Positions 25,777 through 40,073 are shown, numbered from the stretch's first letter. The stretch: 64,000 bases of DNA from Eledone cirrhosa (GCA_964016885.1 OZ024740.1:22506001-22570000), one strand, 5' to 3'. Program-made: numbers and translations. Notes: a model not told the origin generated them from the letters alone.

Positions 25777-27501
25777 TCAGGTTATAAATTGGGTGTTGAG
25801 CTCTAGTCTATTATTGATTGGTGGATGTGTTCTATCTATAATAAGTGCTTCCTTAATTCTAAGATTGCCGAGGTTTCTTTCCTTAGTTTCTATCCTAACT
25901 GTTATGTTTTTATCGGTGTTTTTGCATTTAACTAGGTGTTTCTTAAATGAGGAAGCGTTAGTATTGAGGTATTCTTTTATTCTTATGTGGAGTGGTCTGG
26001 TGTTGCTACCTACGTAGAAGTTGTTGCATTTGTCACACTCTAGTCTGTATACTACGTAAGCCTGGTGGCATAGGTCTGTGTCGTTGATGGGGCAGTTGGC
26101 TAGTCTGCAGCAGTTGTCATGTCTGGTGGAGTGTCTCTTAGCCAGCCGTCCGCGCAAAGAAGGACCCGAGTGGGCCAGTTGGATATCCAGTCCCTCTCGT
26201 CTGATGGCTCTGCGGATGGCTGTTGTTGTTTCTTCACTGAAGTGTGGGAGCTTCAGGAAGCAAGTGTTAGTGCCTCGGGTGTCGTGTCCTCTGTTCTTTC
26301 TGGCACGGTTTGTGGTGGATGTCGTGTATCCGTTCAGTTTGAGTACTTCCAGGAAATGTGTGGTGTGTGTGTCTCGGTCTCTGGCGTCGGTGCATTTGTT
26401 CTTGATACGTGCCAGTTCGTTCTTTATGTATCCGAACTTGGCACCGAGTGGGAGGGCCGATCTGAAATGTACGAACAGGTCCCTGCTGGCGGATTTTTTA
26501 TAGAAGCAGGTGTGGATGTTGCCTTCCTCTGTTACCCTGAGTTGGAAGTCCAGTAGGGATAGGGATCCGCGGTCATCGGGGTGTTCCATGCTGAACTTTA
26601 TACTGGCGTCCATGCTGGAGAATGTTGTGTATATTTTCTCTGCCTCCTCACGGGATGATGTAAGGATGAGTATGTCATCTACATATCGGGTGAAGAAGGC
26701 ATGGGAATGGCAGGTGTTGAGGGCTCGGCATTCTAGCTGGTTCATGTAAGTGATGGCCAGCAGGCCCGAAAGGCTGGATCCCATGGGTAATCCTGTTGTC
26801 TGTCTGTATGTGTGGTGGTGGAAGATGAAGTACGTGTTGTCTACTGTGAAGGACAAAAGCTGGTGTATGTCCGTCGGGTGGAGGCCGTAGCAGTGGATGT
26901 TCTCTGCGACCACGCAGTCCGTCAATAAATCGACAGCTGGGTGAGCGGGGACTGTAGTGTAGAGGGAGACAACGTCGAGGCTAAAAGCGTATTTATTTAG
27001 TTTAAGTTGTTCTGGCTGGAGTTGGTGTAATCTACGTATAACTTCGTCGGAGCTACTGACATGTCCGGGGAAGGTGGAGTGTAGAGGCTTGAGGACCTGA
27101 GAGAGAAGCCAGGAAATTTTGTATAGGGGTCCTTCTATGCTAGAGACGATGGGTCTTATTTGCGTCTTGGTGCTATTCTTGTGGGTCTTGATGAGGTGGT
27201 AGAAAGTGGGCAGTCTGCTATTTCTAGTGGTGTAGTTGAGCTTAATTTTATTCGGGAGTTGTCTTCTCCTACAGATATCGAACCAAATGGAGTTGGTCTG
27301 TTTTTCGATTTGGGCTGCGGTCATGTCCGGGATCACTGTGTACAATTCACTGTCGCTTAGGTGTTCGAAGGCTAGGTTATTGTATGTGGCTTGAGAAATG
27401 ACGCAGAACTCTTTACCTTTGTCGGATGGTAAGTAAATAAGTTCCTTATTCCGTAGGTTCTTCAGGGCGAGTTGTTGTGTCCTGGAGAGGTTAGGGGCCA
27501 T
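25777..27501 (-). CDS. PLE reverse transcriptase-GIY-YIG endonuclease (N-terminally truncated, frame open)
   Basis: PSDKG, RPIVS, SLDVVSLYT, GLPMGS, RYVDD, LLDFQL; VVYRLECDKC..YVGSN.R. Confidence 0.9.
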   Translation of the reverse strand: MAPNLSRTQQLALKNLRNKELIYLPSDKGKEFCVISQATYNNLAFEHLSDSELYTVIPDMTAAQIEKQTNSIWFDICRRRQLPNKIKLNYTTRNSRLPTFYHLIKTHKNSTKTQIRPIVSSIEGPLYKISWLLSQVLKPLHSTFPGHVSSSDEVIRRLHQLQPEQLKLNKYAFSLDVVSLYTTVPAHPAVDLLTDCVVAENIHCYGLHPTDIHQLLSFTVDNTYFIFHHHTYRQTTGLPMGSSLSGLLAITYMNQLECRALNTCHSHAFFTRYVDDILILTSSREEAEKIYTTFSSMDASIKFSMEHPDDRGSLSLLDFQLRVTEEGNIHTCFYKKSASRDLFVHFRSALPLGAKFGYIKNELARIKNKCTDARDRDTHTTHFLEVLKLNGYTTSTTNRARKNRGHDTRGTNTCFLKLPHFSEETTTAIRRAIRREGLDIQLAHSGPSLRGRLAKRHSTRHDNCCRLANCPINDTDLCHQAYVVYRLECDKCNNFYVGSNTRPLHIRIKEYLNTNASSFKKHLVKCKNTDKNITVRIETKERNLGNLRIKEALIIDRTHPPINNRLELNTQFIT

Positions 27502-27998
27502 CTTAGAATTAAGGAAGCACTTATTATAGATAGAACACATCCACCAATCAATAATAGACTAGAGCTCAACACCCAATTTATAACCTGATAGGGCCTCTAG
27601 CCCCATTTTTACACACCCCACACACACGCACGCGCACACCTCCACTTATTCTCTCTCACACATACACACACAAAACCAGTTCTAACACCAGATAACACCT
27701 ACCCCCCACTTTTACGATTAGACCTATCTTCCCACACTCACACACACACACACACACCCACATACCTACACCATCATGCATTCTCCCACACACATATACA
27801 GGCACGTATATAAAATAAAAAATAAAAAAAAAAATAAATAAAAAAAAAAAACCTAAACAAACCCCTCTTAAAGGGAGACTACTCTTTATCCACCTAATTT
27901 TAATTCTTTGATATTAGAGTTAGAACAGATACTCTATACTATTTCCGGTCAGCATGGCTTGGCTAGAGATTTAAAGACGCTGGTTTGAGACCTTTACT

Positions 27999-28036
27999 TC
28001 CCTCCGAAGAAGAGATATTATCTCGAAAATTAAGGA
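27999..28036 (+). ncRNA. variant minimal hammerhead in pLTR (mirror at ~25345-25382)
   Basis: CCGAAGA-aGAGAT-ATT-ATCTC-GAAA-AT-TA-AGGA; the core deviates (CCGA instead of CTGA). Confidence 0.5.
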
Positions 28037-28194
28037 CATTTAAATAAATTCAAGGTGAAAGACGAATTCTCATCAATATCTTTCACTATTGCATTCTTTT
28101 TTCTATGTCCATACCTGCATTGTTTTGGCCTTATTACACATATTCAAACGTTTATACCTCATTACACAATGCTTCAAGTGAACTATAACGTCCT

Positions 28195-28347
<153 letters not shown>

Positions 28348-28392
28348 TATATACATATATATATTCACATACGACCTACCATACATCTTGCT

Positions 28393-28423
<31 letters not shown>

Positions 28424-28437
28424 GTATATATATATGC

Positions 28438-28549
<112 letters not shown>

Positions 28550-28577
28550 TATATATATATGTGTATATATATATATG

Positions 28578-28850
<273 letters not shown>

Positions 28851-28935
28851 GAGTTGCGACCGATATATCGTATTAGCAATTGGAAAGACCAATGGAAATA
28901 TTGTTTCCTCGGTCCGATTTGACGAAAGTCGATCG

Positions 28936-28977
<42 letters not shown>

Positions 28978-29668
28978 TTTAGTACAGCATAGACGAAGCT
29001 CTAGCATACGGCCAAGCTAGCGCGTATGCTTATTCGGTTTGTAGCTTTAGCACTCAGATGAGGTAAGACCCCAGAGTATAACATTATGTTCAGACAGCTT
29101 AGCAAATTAGATATAGCAGACGGCAGTCCGACCGCATCACTAGAGCAACGAAAATACAGGACCCAGGTGAACATCAGAAAGTATTTAGCTATGGGATACA
29201 TTCACATATGCACAAAACACACATTTACATTCACATATGCACACACATACACTATGAACCATTCCCACACAAATATAAAATACGTATTCAGATTTATTAA
29301 CATACACTTACATACTCATTCCAGTGTTGGATCTCCGTCGGTACCGACGAAGGCTGTTTCAGCTGCTCAAATAACTGAACAATTCTGCTCTTGAAGTTAG
29401 TATGCATGTGGTTAAGCATTCCACAGAAACGTGTACCCCAAACATAGTGTGTGACAAGTCTGCACTGCCGGGAATTTTACTCGCAACCTTGCAATTGTGA
29501 GCCGAACACCCTAACCATAAGGCCACGTGCCTGCAATCACCCACAAGCACACACCCTATTCATACATACGCACATCTCACACATACGCACACATATAAAT
29601 ACATAAACATACGTATATATATATACATACTAATTTAATTCTTTAAGAATCTTCGTCCAGTTTTATAA

Positions 29669-29736
<68 letters not shown>

Positions 29737-29789
29737 CACACAACAAATAATTTAGCAATTAAATAGAATACCAACTGCATCTACACATA

Positions 29790-30055
29790 TTAATTTCAAC
29801 TCTTCTTATTAATAACTGCATTGTATATTTCCAAGGAAGTTAACAAATAAACCTCGTTTGGTCATTCCACGAGAGTATCTTGGGTCAGCCTATGAAGGAG
29901 TGATACTAGAGCTGTGAAATCTTGCATGTATTAATTTCAACTCTTATTAATAACTTCATTATTTCTTTCCAGGGACTGTGTTAAAAATAAATCTCATTTG
30001 GTCATTCCATGAGAGTATCTTGGTCAGCCTATGAACTATTCTAGCCACTCTCCTA
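29790..30055 (+). mobile_element. mariner-derived MITE, partial tandem copies
   Basis: Matches 6330-6495. Confidence 0.65.
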
Positions 30056-30515
30056 TATTCTTCTTCATATTCTTATATCTACTGTTACTCCGTCTGTTGC
30101 CGTTCTCCTCTCAAATTATTGTTTGTTTCCACAAGCAATCTTGTAATAATTATTTCACTCCCCAAACTTCCCACATTGATTATACGTTTTCTAAACATTT
30201 TATCCTCCCCAGTTTCTCACCTCACCACCATTACCTTCCACCTCACGCCTCTTCAGCAATATTCCAGCCTTATATCACTCTTCCTTCATTTAACAGCTTC
30301 TTCCCCATTAATCCTCCCACCCTTTCTTTTCTGCCCCCCCCCCTCCAATCTATGTCCGCCAACCACGTCCATTAAAAATGGTTGTTTGGTTAATTATGCA
30401 AGTTCAAACCACCAGTTTTGACCTCAAATCTCCATCTCATCAAGCCTTTAAATCTGACTGTCGGTTTGCCTGTCTAGCTGTATGTCTTCCAGTCTGTCTG
30501 TCTGTCTGTCTGTCT

Positions 30516-33500
30516 TTGATAGTAGACGTCTTGCACATCGGCTCTTCGATTTGGAATTTTTACTTGGATTATTTGTGAGTGTATTATTTAAATTGTTTTT
30601 CTATTATTGACTCTAACCCCTAGTCTGGGACTGTAGACGTAGGGTAAATATATTTTCACCCCTTTTGGGGTGAAAAATATTTAATTCAAAATGTTCATTG
30701 ATATCGTGGAGAGCGATATCGTCGAAAGCGAGGAAGCCATATTGGAAGCTGACGCCACGCCTACCAAAAAAGGCGAGAGAGAGGGAACAACAATTCGAAC
30801 TGTTGAACGTCCCCTCCTCTCAAATGAAAAATAGAATATTAATTCGAATGAAAACCTAAATTTTGAGGGAAAAAGTAACAAGAAGATAAACACCACAAAG
30901 GATGAAACCAACAACATTGCAACAACAAGCAACAAAGACAACAACATTTCTTTTGCCCAAATGGTCAGGAAAGCTATAGAGTACAAGCCGATAGACATCA
31001 CAAACGCTAAGCAGAACTTACTAAATGCCAGAAAATACATATCTTTTGGGGAGGATGGTTCTTTTACAATCAACTCCCCAGAAGAAGTTCGCAAACAGGT
31101 ATATAAGAATACCATAACCTTCAGAACGATATCCAACACAACAAGAAAGCCAGCTCAATTGACAGAAAGTCAAATTGTCTGGTGCTGAAAGGCATTAAAG
31201 AAAACATACTTTTTATTGAAAGAGGAAAGCTGTATGCCAGCATTATGGTCCGAATGAAGGACGAAATGCTGGCTCAAAAATGCTCGGTGGCACCTATAGT
31301 GTCACCACAATACACCTTCTTCCCCACGTATAAAGGAAGAAGAACTCAGAGACTAAGAATGTGGTGTCCAACGCCAGAAGTTAACATCTGGTCCGTCCTG
31401 ACAGGATTTACGGACCTAGAAAAGGACATCCTTATATCAGCAGGGGAGTCCACCAGTGGACTGTTCGGGGGAAAAGTCTGGAGGTTCTCTTACAGATGAC
31501 ACCTGAGAAAATCGCCGGAATACCCGACCGAGTCCTACTGGATGGGCGAACCTTCATCAATATTACGGTGGAAGGCAGGAGACACTCATGTTACCACTGC
31601 GCTGGTAGAGGTCACTTGAGGACTGCCTGCCCTCTACTAACAACACAAAAACCACTGCTACAAACACCACAACAACAACAAAAACAACCAGCACCACCAC
31701 CACAAAAACAACAAAATACACTACCATCACCACCACAACGACAACAAAAACCAACTACACCACCTCCACCACCACCACAACAACAACATCAACAACAGCT
31801 CAAGAAAACAACCCAAAACACGGTCCCACCCAGCCCCTCCCCACAGAACACAAATACAAAAACAGACGCAGTTCATACACAACCCGGAAATATACCCCTC
31901 CCCTCCAATACGGAAGAGGAGCTCATATCGTCGGAAGACGAGGGGGCTCCCTTCCAAAAAGTGAAAAGAAAAAAACGTACACACACCACACAAACAAAAA
32001 TAACCCCACCTGACAACACAACAGAAACAACAAAACGCAAACTCATGCAAGAACAACAAGCAAAAACAAACACAACAACACAAAAACTCTACACATACAA
32101 AAACAATAAAAACTTAACGGAAAAAATAGAAAACAACCCTTCGGTACAAACCGAAGGGCCGAATTTTGCAACGACAATGGGACTCCCTAACCTGAAAATG
32201 GTGAAAGTCCCACTTGACATTTTCAAAACTTTGAAAAACATTTACCCAGAGGACGTGGGGCCACCCTGCACCAGGCCACTCAACCGCGTCCTCCTAAAAG
32301 GTTTTTCCCCTCCCCTCCTCAAACACCCACACAACTTCAACCACCCCAACCCCTCCACACACTAATACCACCACACCACCACAAACCACCATCCCACCCA
32401 ACACCCCCTCCACCAGCCCCATGGAAACTGAGCGGCCCGAACCCCGGGACGCAGAGAGGTAAGTGCCTCTTTCTTTGCCACCAACATGGCTGTGTTAAGA
32501 GTGGGTTGTCTAAATGCGCGTGGCCTGGGCTCACCTTGGAAGCAAGCTAAACTTCTAAATGACCTCAGGTCACAATGTATAAATGTGATGGTTATTTGCG
32601 AGGCCCGGATCAGCAGCGTGCGACAGCTAGCCACCACCTTTGATGACTTTGAGATGCACGCATCTCTCTGTCAGCCCGGAGGTGGGGGTGGGGTTGTCGT
32701 TTTGCTGTAAAAACATCTGGGTCTCGCTACACAGAAGGTACACTTGGACCCGGAGGGTCGACTCGTGGTTCTGGACCTTGGCAATGGTGAAGGCGAAGCT
32801 TTTAGGCTTGTCGCCGTATACGCCCCTTTTTGGGCAATGCGGTCGGACTTCTTCCATCGTCTGGAGACTTTTCTAGGGACGTCCCGCTCCTTGCTTTTAG
32901 TGGGGGACTGGAATGGTATCTTAGATGCACGTTGGGACTATGTAGGGGCATGTCCCGATAGAGGGGGGTGTAACAGCCTCAAGGGATTAATCGGCCGATT
33001 TGACCTGGCCGATAGATACCGACTAGATTTTCCGACTGTGCCAACCTGGACTTGGTCAAATAACAGTGGTCAATCTAGATCGTACCTAGATAGGTTCTTA
33101 GTTAGAATTAAGGATAGGGACTTTTTAAGTTGTCCAGAAATGCTCATGGTGGGCTATTCAGACCACAAGTTAGTGACCTGCGTAGTCCACCTTGATAGAA
33201 CGCATAAGCAGGGACCCGGTTACTGGAAGCTCAACTTGTCCTTACGGGCAAGTAGAGCTTACAGGGACCGGATTAGAACCTTAGTTAAGGAGCGGTTGAC
33301 GGGCGCCATCGTCAACAGCAGGTGGTGGGGCTCTCTAAAAAGAGAGATTAGAGTAGTTTCAATAGGAGTTAGTAAGGAGTTAGCCTCAGATAGAAATAGG
33401 AAGGAAAGGGAGTTGGTAGTTAATGTTGAAGAGGCAATGAGAAGCGGCAACGTGGCCAGAGTGCAAGCGTCGAGAACGACCTTGAACCAGTTCTTCGACG

Positions 33501-34729
33501 CGAAACACGAAGGCTGAGTTGTCCGAAGCAAAATACGTGCTCTGGGAAACGAGGGGACCAAAGCTGTTAGCTGGGCCCGCGTGACAGAAGCGAAAAGTGG
33601 GATTAAATCCACTATCAGGTCTTTGCGAGTCCAGGATGGACGGGTGATCTTTGAACCTAAGCAAATGTGCGAGGCCTTTCAAAGGTAATTTGCCCGATTG
33701 TTCGGGAGAGGCGGGGGGCCGGTTGGAGATGTGGATTTCGGTCCATACCTCGACGGCCTGCCGCGTCTTTCCGACAAGGAGGCGAGGTCCTACGACGGGC
33801 CGATCTCAGCTGCTGAAATAGGTGACGTGCTGAGCCTATGCGGCAAACGCAAATCTCCAGGGCTCGATGGTCTGCCCTACGAACTATATATTAATATGCC
33901 GGACTTGTTCCCCGATCTCCTCAAGGCGGTCTACTGCAACTGGCAACAGAACGGGAGAATTCCCTGTTCTGTGACCAAGGGCGTAGTCTCGTTAGTGAGG
34001 AAGGACGAGAACAAGGGGGATGACATTAGTAATTTTAGGCCCATAACTCTGCTAAATGCAGAGTCAAAGATTTTGGCCAAGGTGTTAGCGAAGAGGTTGG
34101 CGCTTGTCGTGGGGGGCCTGGTGGGAGATGTGCAGACATGCGCTATCCCGTCCAGGTCCATCCACGACAACCTCCACCTCATGCGATACATCATAGAGAG
34201 GGTTGGGAACGAACTCGGCTTTGGTGGGGACCTGATAAATTTAGATCAGTCTAAAGCGTTCGATAGGGTGGACCATGGTTACCTGGATGCGGTGCTAGCG
34301 GCGGCTGGGTTCGGACCCGTTTTCAGGGGCTGGATCACTGCCATGCACAGCAGCCGCATCTGCTCTAGAGTCAAGGTGAACGGCTACCTTTCGGAGCCGT
34401 TCGAAATCACCCGCTCCATCCGACAGGGGTGCCCGATCTCCTCCCTTCTGTATGTATTGGCTCTCGAGCCACTACTGCGGAAGTTGGAGTTGTTGCAGGG
34501 CATCCCTTTGGAACCGGGATTGCGCAAAGCGGTGTCAGCCTATGCCGATGACGTAACAGTAATGGTGTCGACCACCTCGGAAATCGAGGCAATCGGCACC
34601 TTACTGGAGGAGTACGAAAGGTTGACAGGGGCTAAGCTGAACCGGGACAAGTCAGTCGCTTTGCAACTCGGCGAGTGGAGGGGCAAAGCGATGTCGTCCG
34701 ACGGTATCGTAGGACGGTGGACGGAGGGC
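30516..34729 (+). mobile_element. Tx1 copy F: intact 5' end, 3' part lost after the RT domain
   Basis: 5' end TTGATAGTAGAC..CACATCGGCTC as in copy A, after (GTCT)n; ORF1 with CYHCAGRGHLRTAC; ORF2 starts MAVLRVGCLNARGL at 32486; breaks at GRWTEG into SINE sequence. Confidence 0.92.
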
Positions 34730-35755
34730 AATTATCCAGTGTATTACTGGTACTTTATTTTATCGACCCCGTAGGGATTAAAGTAAAGTTAACCTCGGTG
34801 GAATTTGAACTCAGACTATAAAGGGCCATAACTCTTTGTTGCAAAGCATGGCGTCCGGCCCTCTACCGAAACTGCCAATCCAAATTAATTGTTTCTACTT
34901 TTGGCACAAGGCCAGCAAATACCCAGTACATTACTGGTACTTTATTTTATCGACCCCGTAAGGATGAAAGGCAAAGTTAACCTCGGCGGGATTTGAACTC
35001 AGATCATAAAGAGACGTAACTCTATGCTTCAAAGCATGGCCCCGACTCTAAGGTAATAAGTGACAAAGGCGCTGTGTGGTTACTAATAAATATTATTGGC
35101 AGTATCAGTAGAAGGTCGGATGCCATGCTTTGCAGCATAGAGTTACGGCCCTTTATGAACTAAACTCAAATCCCGCCAAGGTCAACTTTGCCTTTCATCC
35201 TTACGGGTCGAAAAATAAAGTACCAGTAATGCACTGGGTGAATTGCTGGCCTTGTGCCAAAAGTAGAAACATTTATTTAGAAAACGTATGAGAAACAGAC
35301 GTAAGAGAAACACAAGGACAATTCCCACTCGTCAGCTGTCCTCTGTGGATCACTGGTGTTTGGAACACATTAATGGCGGTGGATTGGCAGTATCGGTAGA
35401 GCGTTGGACGCCATGCTTTCCAGCATAGTTACGTCCCTTTACGATCTGAGTTCAAAATCCCGCCGAGGTTGACTTTGCCTTTCATCCTTACGGGGTCGAT
35501 AAAATAAAGTACGAGTAATGCACTGGTTAATTGCTGGCCTTGTGCCAAAAGTAGAAACAATTAATGACAGTGTGGATTGGTAGTATCGGTAGAGGGTGGG
35601 ACGCCATGCTTTGACGCATAGAGTTACGGCCCTTGCCATTCCGAGTTCAAATCCCACCGAGGTTAATTTTGCCTTTCATCCTTACGGGTTGATAAAATAA
35701 AGTACCAGTAATGTACTGGAAAATTGCTGGCCTTGTGCCAAAAGTAGAAACAATA
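34730..35755. mobile_element. cluster of five tRNA-derived SINEs (family 2): two minus, three plus
   Basis: Each has all or most of TGGCAGTATCGGTAG (A box), GAGTTCAAATCCC (B box), CTTTGCCTTTCATCCTTACGGGGTCGATAAAATAAAGTACCAG and GGCCTTGTGCCAAAAGTAGAAAC. Confidence 0.88.
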
Positions 35756-36232
35756 TATGACAGTACATCTCACCAACCCCGGTTACTGCAACTTACAAGT
35801 ACTGCTTTCGTGTATTTCCCCCTTATCTATCCGTATGTTTTTCTCCTTTGTGTTTTCTTTTTTTGTCGTTCTCTTCGTTATCGTCTCTGCTTTGTTGGTT
35901 TTTCCCTAGATAGCTAGCTCACTAGTTATTAACGCACTGTGGTGAGATGTACTGTCTTTATATATATATACTGTACCGATTGTGTTGTTATTTCTGTTTA
36001 CCTTTCACATACATATATATATATATTTCGTTTCTGAATTTGTTTAGCAAGATTCTTTATCTGAAAACGTGTGTTGAAACCGATATTGTTATACTTTGCG
36101 AGGGTCATGTTGCCAATAAGAAACACACGCACCAGTTGCTTTCACTTTAATTTATTATAATAAATTTATAAATTTAGGAATTTATAAATTTCCGGTTGGT
36201 TGGTTCCACAACCAGATGATTGTTTATATATT

Positions 36233-36275
36233 GTCAAAGTTCTTTCGTCACACTTTCTGTGACCTCTTCAGTGAC
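36233..36275 (-). ncRNA. minimal type I hammerhead ribozyme
   Basis: GTCA-CTGAAGA-gGTCAC-AGAAAGT-GTGAC-GAAA-GAAC-TT-TGAC. Confidence 0.75.
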
Positions 36276-36409
36276 TGGGGATTCTTTTCTTTGTTTTTGT
36301 GCCTCTCCTTTGTTCTGTCCTACGCCATCTTGTTCAAGAAACACGCGTCACTACTCAATAAACGTAATGAAGACATAAGAAATCATCTTTTCATGATAAT
36401 TATTATATG

Positions 36410-36552
<143 letters not shown>

Positions 36553-36555
36553 ATG

Positions 36556-36891
36556 TGTTTTAGGTAATTCCGAATGAAAATCAAAGGAAAAAAGAGTGCT
36601 CTATGTATAGAACAGAGCTATTTAATAAGAAAGTGAACAACACAAAATATAACTACTCCATTACCAAAGGTTTCTGGATCTCAGACAATAATATACGTCT
36701 GGATCGCTCGTCAGACAGAGATAACATCTCTTTCTGACGACCGATCCAGACGTATATTAATATTGTCTGTGATCCAGACACCTTTGGTAATGGAGTAGTT
36801 ATATTTTGTGTTGTTCACTTTCTAATTAAATAGCTCTGTTCTATACATAGAGCACTCTTTTTTCCTTTGATTTTCATTCGGAATTACCTAA

Positions 36892-36895
<4 letters not shown>
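36556..36895. mobile_element. near-perfect ~340-bp palindrome with a hammerhead in each arm (PLE fold-back insertion) in (TA)n
   Basis: Arms meet at ~36722; minus arm CTCTGT-CTGACGA...GAAA-CCTTTGG-TA-ATGGAG; plus arm has GACA in place of GAAA. Confidence 0.85.
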
Positions 36896-36931
<36 letters not shown>

Positions 36932-36934
<3 letters not shown>

Positions 36935-39079
36935 CTTAAATTCAAGAGATACCCCTACAAAGGACAAGAGCACCTTGTAAATCCCAACAACACAATTTCA
37001 AACCTAAATTCCTCAAAAAATGTTTTAGTCCACTCCGACAAAACCAATAATTTATATGGTATTTCCAAGGATAACTATAACAACCTTATCCTAAAGGAAC
37101 ATAGGAAAAAATATCGTAAAACCAACCATGATAATTTAGAATTCATAAACTTTGAAGCTTCTGAGATTATGTCAAAACTTGGCATCGGAAAAAAGACCGA
37201 ACCACTCCTCCCAAGAACTCCGAGGATAAATCTCAAGGATCACAAAAACAATTTTCGTACTGAACTACCTGTTAGATTAATCGCCCCCTCTAAATCATAT
37301 CTGGGGGTTGTTAGCAAAGCCATCTTGGATAGAATTATCCCACAGGTTCGTTCTAATTGCTCTTCTTTGAACTTAAATTTATGGTTTGGTACTTCTGAAA
37401 TGATTGGTTGGTTCAACAAATTGAATAATAAAAACAAACTAAAATTTGTTCAATTTGATATTGCCAGCTACTATTCTTCTATTTCGCCTTCACTTCTCAA
37501 CAATGCTCTATCTTTCGCATTTAAATATTCTGACATCACCACAGATGAACTTCACATCATTCTCACCGCACGCAAAACCATCCTAGAGTTCAATAAGGAA
37601 TATTGGACCAGAGCTGATACCTCTAACAACTTCGACATCACAATAGGAGCATCCGATTCATCCCAATTGACAGATTTAATTGGTATCTTTATTTTGAACT
37701 ATTTGAGTCGGAAAATTCCTCAACTTCGCGGTGGAATTTATCGTGACGATGGACTCTTTACTATCTTAAATTGAAACATAGTTAACCTTAATATTATTAA
37801 GAACAATATACGTTATCTCTTTAACTAACATAACTTAAAAATTGAATTTGATAACAGCATCAAACTAGCTAATTTCTTGGATGTATCTCTTAATCTTGAC
37901 ACTGGCCTATATTACCCTTACCATAAAAACAATGAGAACCTAAATTATGTTAATTTTAAATCTAACCACCCCACTAATATTAAGAATGCTATAGTTAGTA
38001 ATATTGGAAAAAGAATATCTAACCTATCTTCTAATAAAAACATCTTTGATGCTAACGCCAATTACTATAATAACGCGCTTTCTAAAGCCGGCTATCCTGA
38101 TAAAATCAATTATAGTAAAGAAACAAATTCTAGAAGATCTTACAGTAGAATAATTAATCATGATCATTCCAATAACTTTAATAAAAGACCTAGATACAAA
38201 AACATAATCTGGTATAATGCTCCTTTCTCCATCTCTATTAATAATAATATTCCTAAATTATTCTTTAGTGCCTTAAATAAATGATTCCCTCCCTCACATA
38301 TCTATAGTAAAATATTTAACAAACACACTATAAAATTTTCCTATTCGACCTCCTCCAACATTTCCAACATTATCTCTAAACACAACAATAAAATACTAAA
38401 TACTAAATCTCTTCCTTCCAACACTGAATATCATAATAATAGTAATAGTACTCCCGACGTCATTGTAAACTGTAGGCTAATTTCTGCAAACCCAAATACA
38501 ACGTGAAACACAACTTCGCTAAATGTTCTTAATCCCATTCTAAATCAAGAAACTATTATTCCTATCGTAAATAATTTCTCCAATCCAATTCCTTCTATAG
38601 ATAACACTAGGTCACTCGTTAATAACTCTGCTAATCTCTCTAATCGCAATTGCAATTGCCCTGTTAAAAATAAATGTCCTCTCAACAACCATTGTCTTGA
38701 AAAAAACTTAATCTACGAATGTAAAGTTATAACTGACACCAATTCCTTTACCTATTTTGGCTCCACTTCCACCTCCTTTAAAGCTCGTCTTTATAATCAT
38801 CATTCGTCTTTTAAATACCAACTTAAAAGAACCAACACGGCACTCTCAGAACTCATATGGTCCTTGAAAGACAAAAATATTAAATATAACATCTCTTGGA
38901 AAAAGGTTTCTTCTGCTTCACCATACTTGAACAGTTCTCTATCCAAGACTTGCAATCTCTGTTTAAATGAAAAATTTACCATTATATCTAATTTAGATTC
39001 TATAATAAATAGACGCACTGACTTGTTTTCTCTCTGCTTGCATACAATCCACAGAACATTCCATAAAGTATACAGCTAA
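36932..39079 (+). pseudogene. Naiad RT-GIY-YIG ORF, single frame with four internal stops (3 TGA, 1 TAA)
   Basis: Manual translation; ORF pieces 37169, 37877 and 38864 share one frame. Confidence 0.85.
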
Positions 39080-40006
39080 TATCTAATACTTTATCAATTT
39101 AAAATCCTTTTCTCAAAGGCACACACATATATATATATATATACTTCTTTAAAAATATACCCATCTTTCTACCTTTTTCAAAGTTATTTATTATACCTTA
39201 TATAATACTAGTTACTCATTCTATATCACTCCTATTTATCACTTCCCTTTCTTCCTTTTCCTTTTCTTTTCTTTTTCTTTTAATTTCTAACCCCTAATCT
39301 GTACCTTTTATCATTGTGCCTAACATAGAAACAATTATTACACAGTACAATATATTCTTACTTTATATCACCTTAAAAAATCCTTCGTAAACATAAACAT
39401 TTTTTTTGTTTTTTTTTTGACGTTAGATTATTCATCCTCAATTCATTATTTCTTTCTCCCTTTCATGCTCATCTAACTTATTCATCCTATCTCTACTTCT
39501 TTCACAATATATCCTTACTTACATTACTATTTTTACATTTTTTAATAATACATATCAACATTTTCTTTCCATCGCACATATTATTAAACCCTTAAATATT
39601 ATTCTTAATACATATTAACAATTTCTTTTCATCGCACATATTATTAAACCCTTCAATATACAAACCTTAACTTAACATTATTTTTTTTTCTCTTCGTTAA
39701 TTTTCAAATTCTTTTAATTTATATATTATCTTCCAGCGGTTTTTCAACCTCTCTATGTAAAACAATATATTTTTTCTCAGTTATAAAAGCTATCTCTCTC
39801 TCTCTATCACCCATCTCTCCTCCTATCTCATCCTTCCTCATTTTACTCCTCCACCTCCACTTTTTACTCTCATCTCCTCCTCTCCCCCCCCCCCCGTCAA
39901 ACATTTTTTCCCAATATCACACATCAATCTAAAACTACTTTTCATATGTTGATTCAAAACTGAACTATTCACAAGTGTTTTTTAACCTTCATATCATGTC
40001 TTCCTA

Positions 40007-40073
40007 TTTTATCTGATGAAAACACAAATGTTATTGCATGATGATATTTGTTTTTGAAATGCGCATAATAAAA
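40007..40073 (+). ncRNA. minimal type I hammerhead ribozyme of the Naiad pLTR
   Basis: TTTTAT-CTGATGA-AAACACAAAT...ATTTGTTTTT-GAAA-TGCGCA-TA-ATAAAA. Confidence 0.82.
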
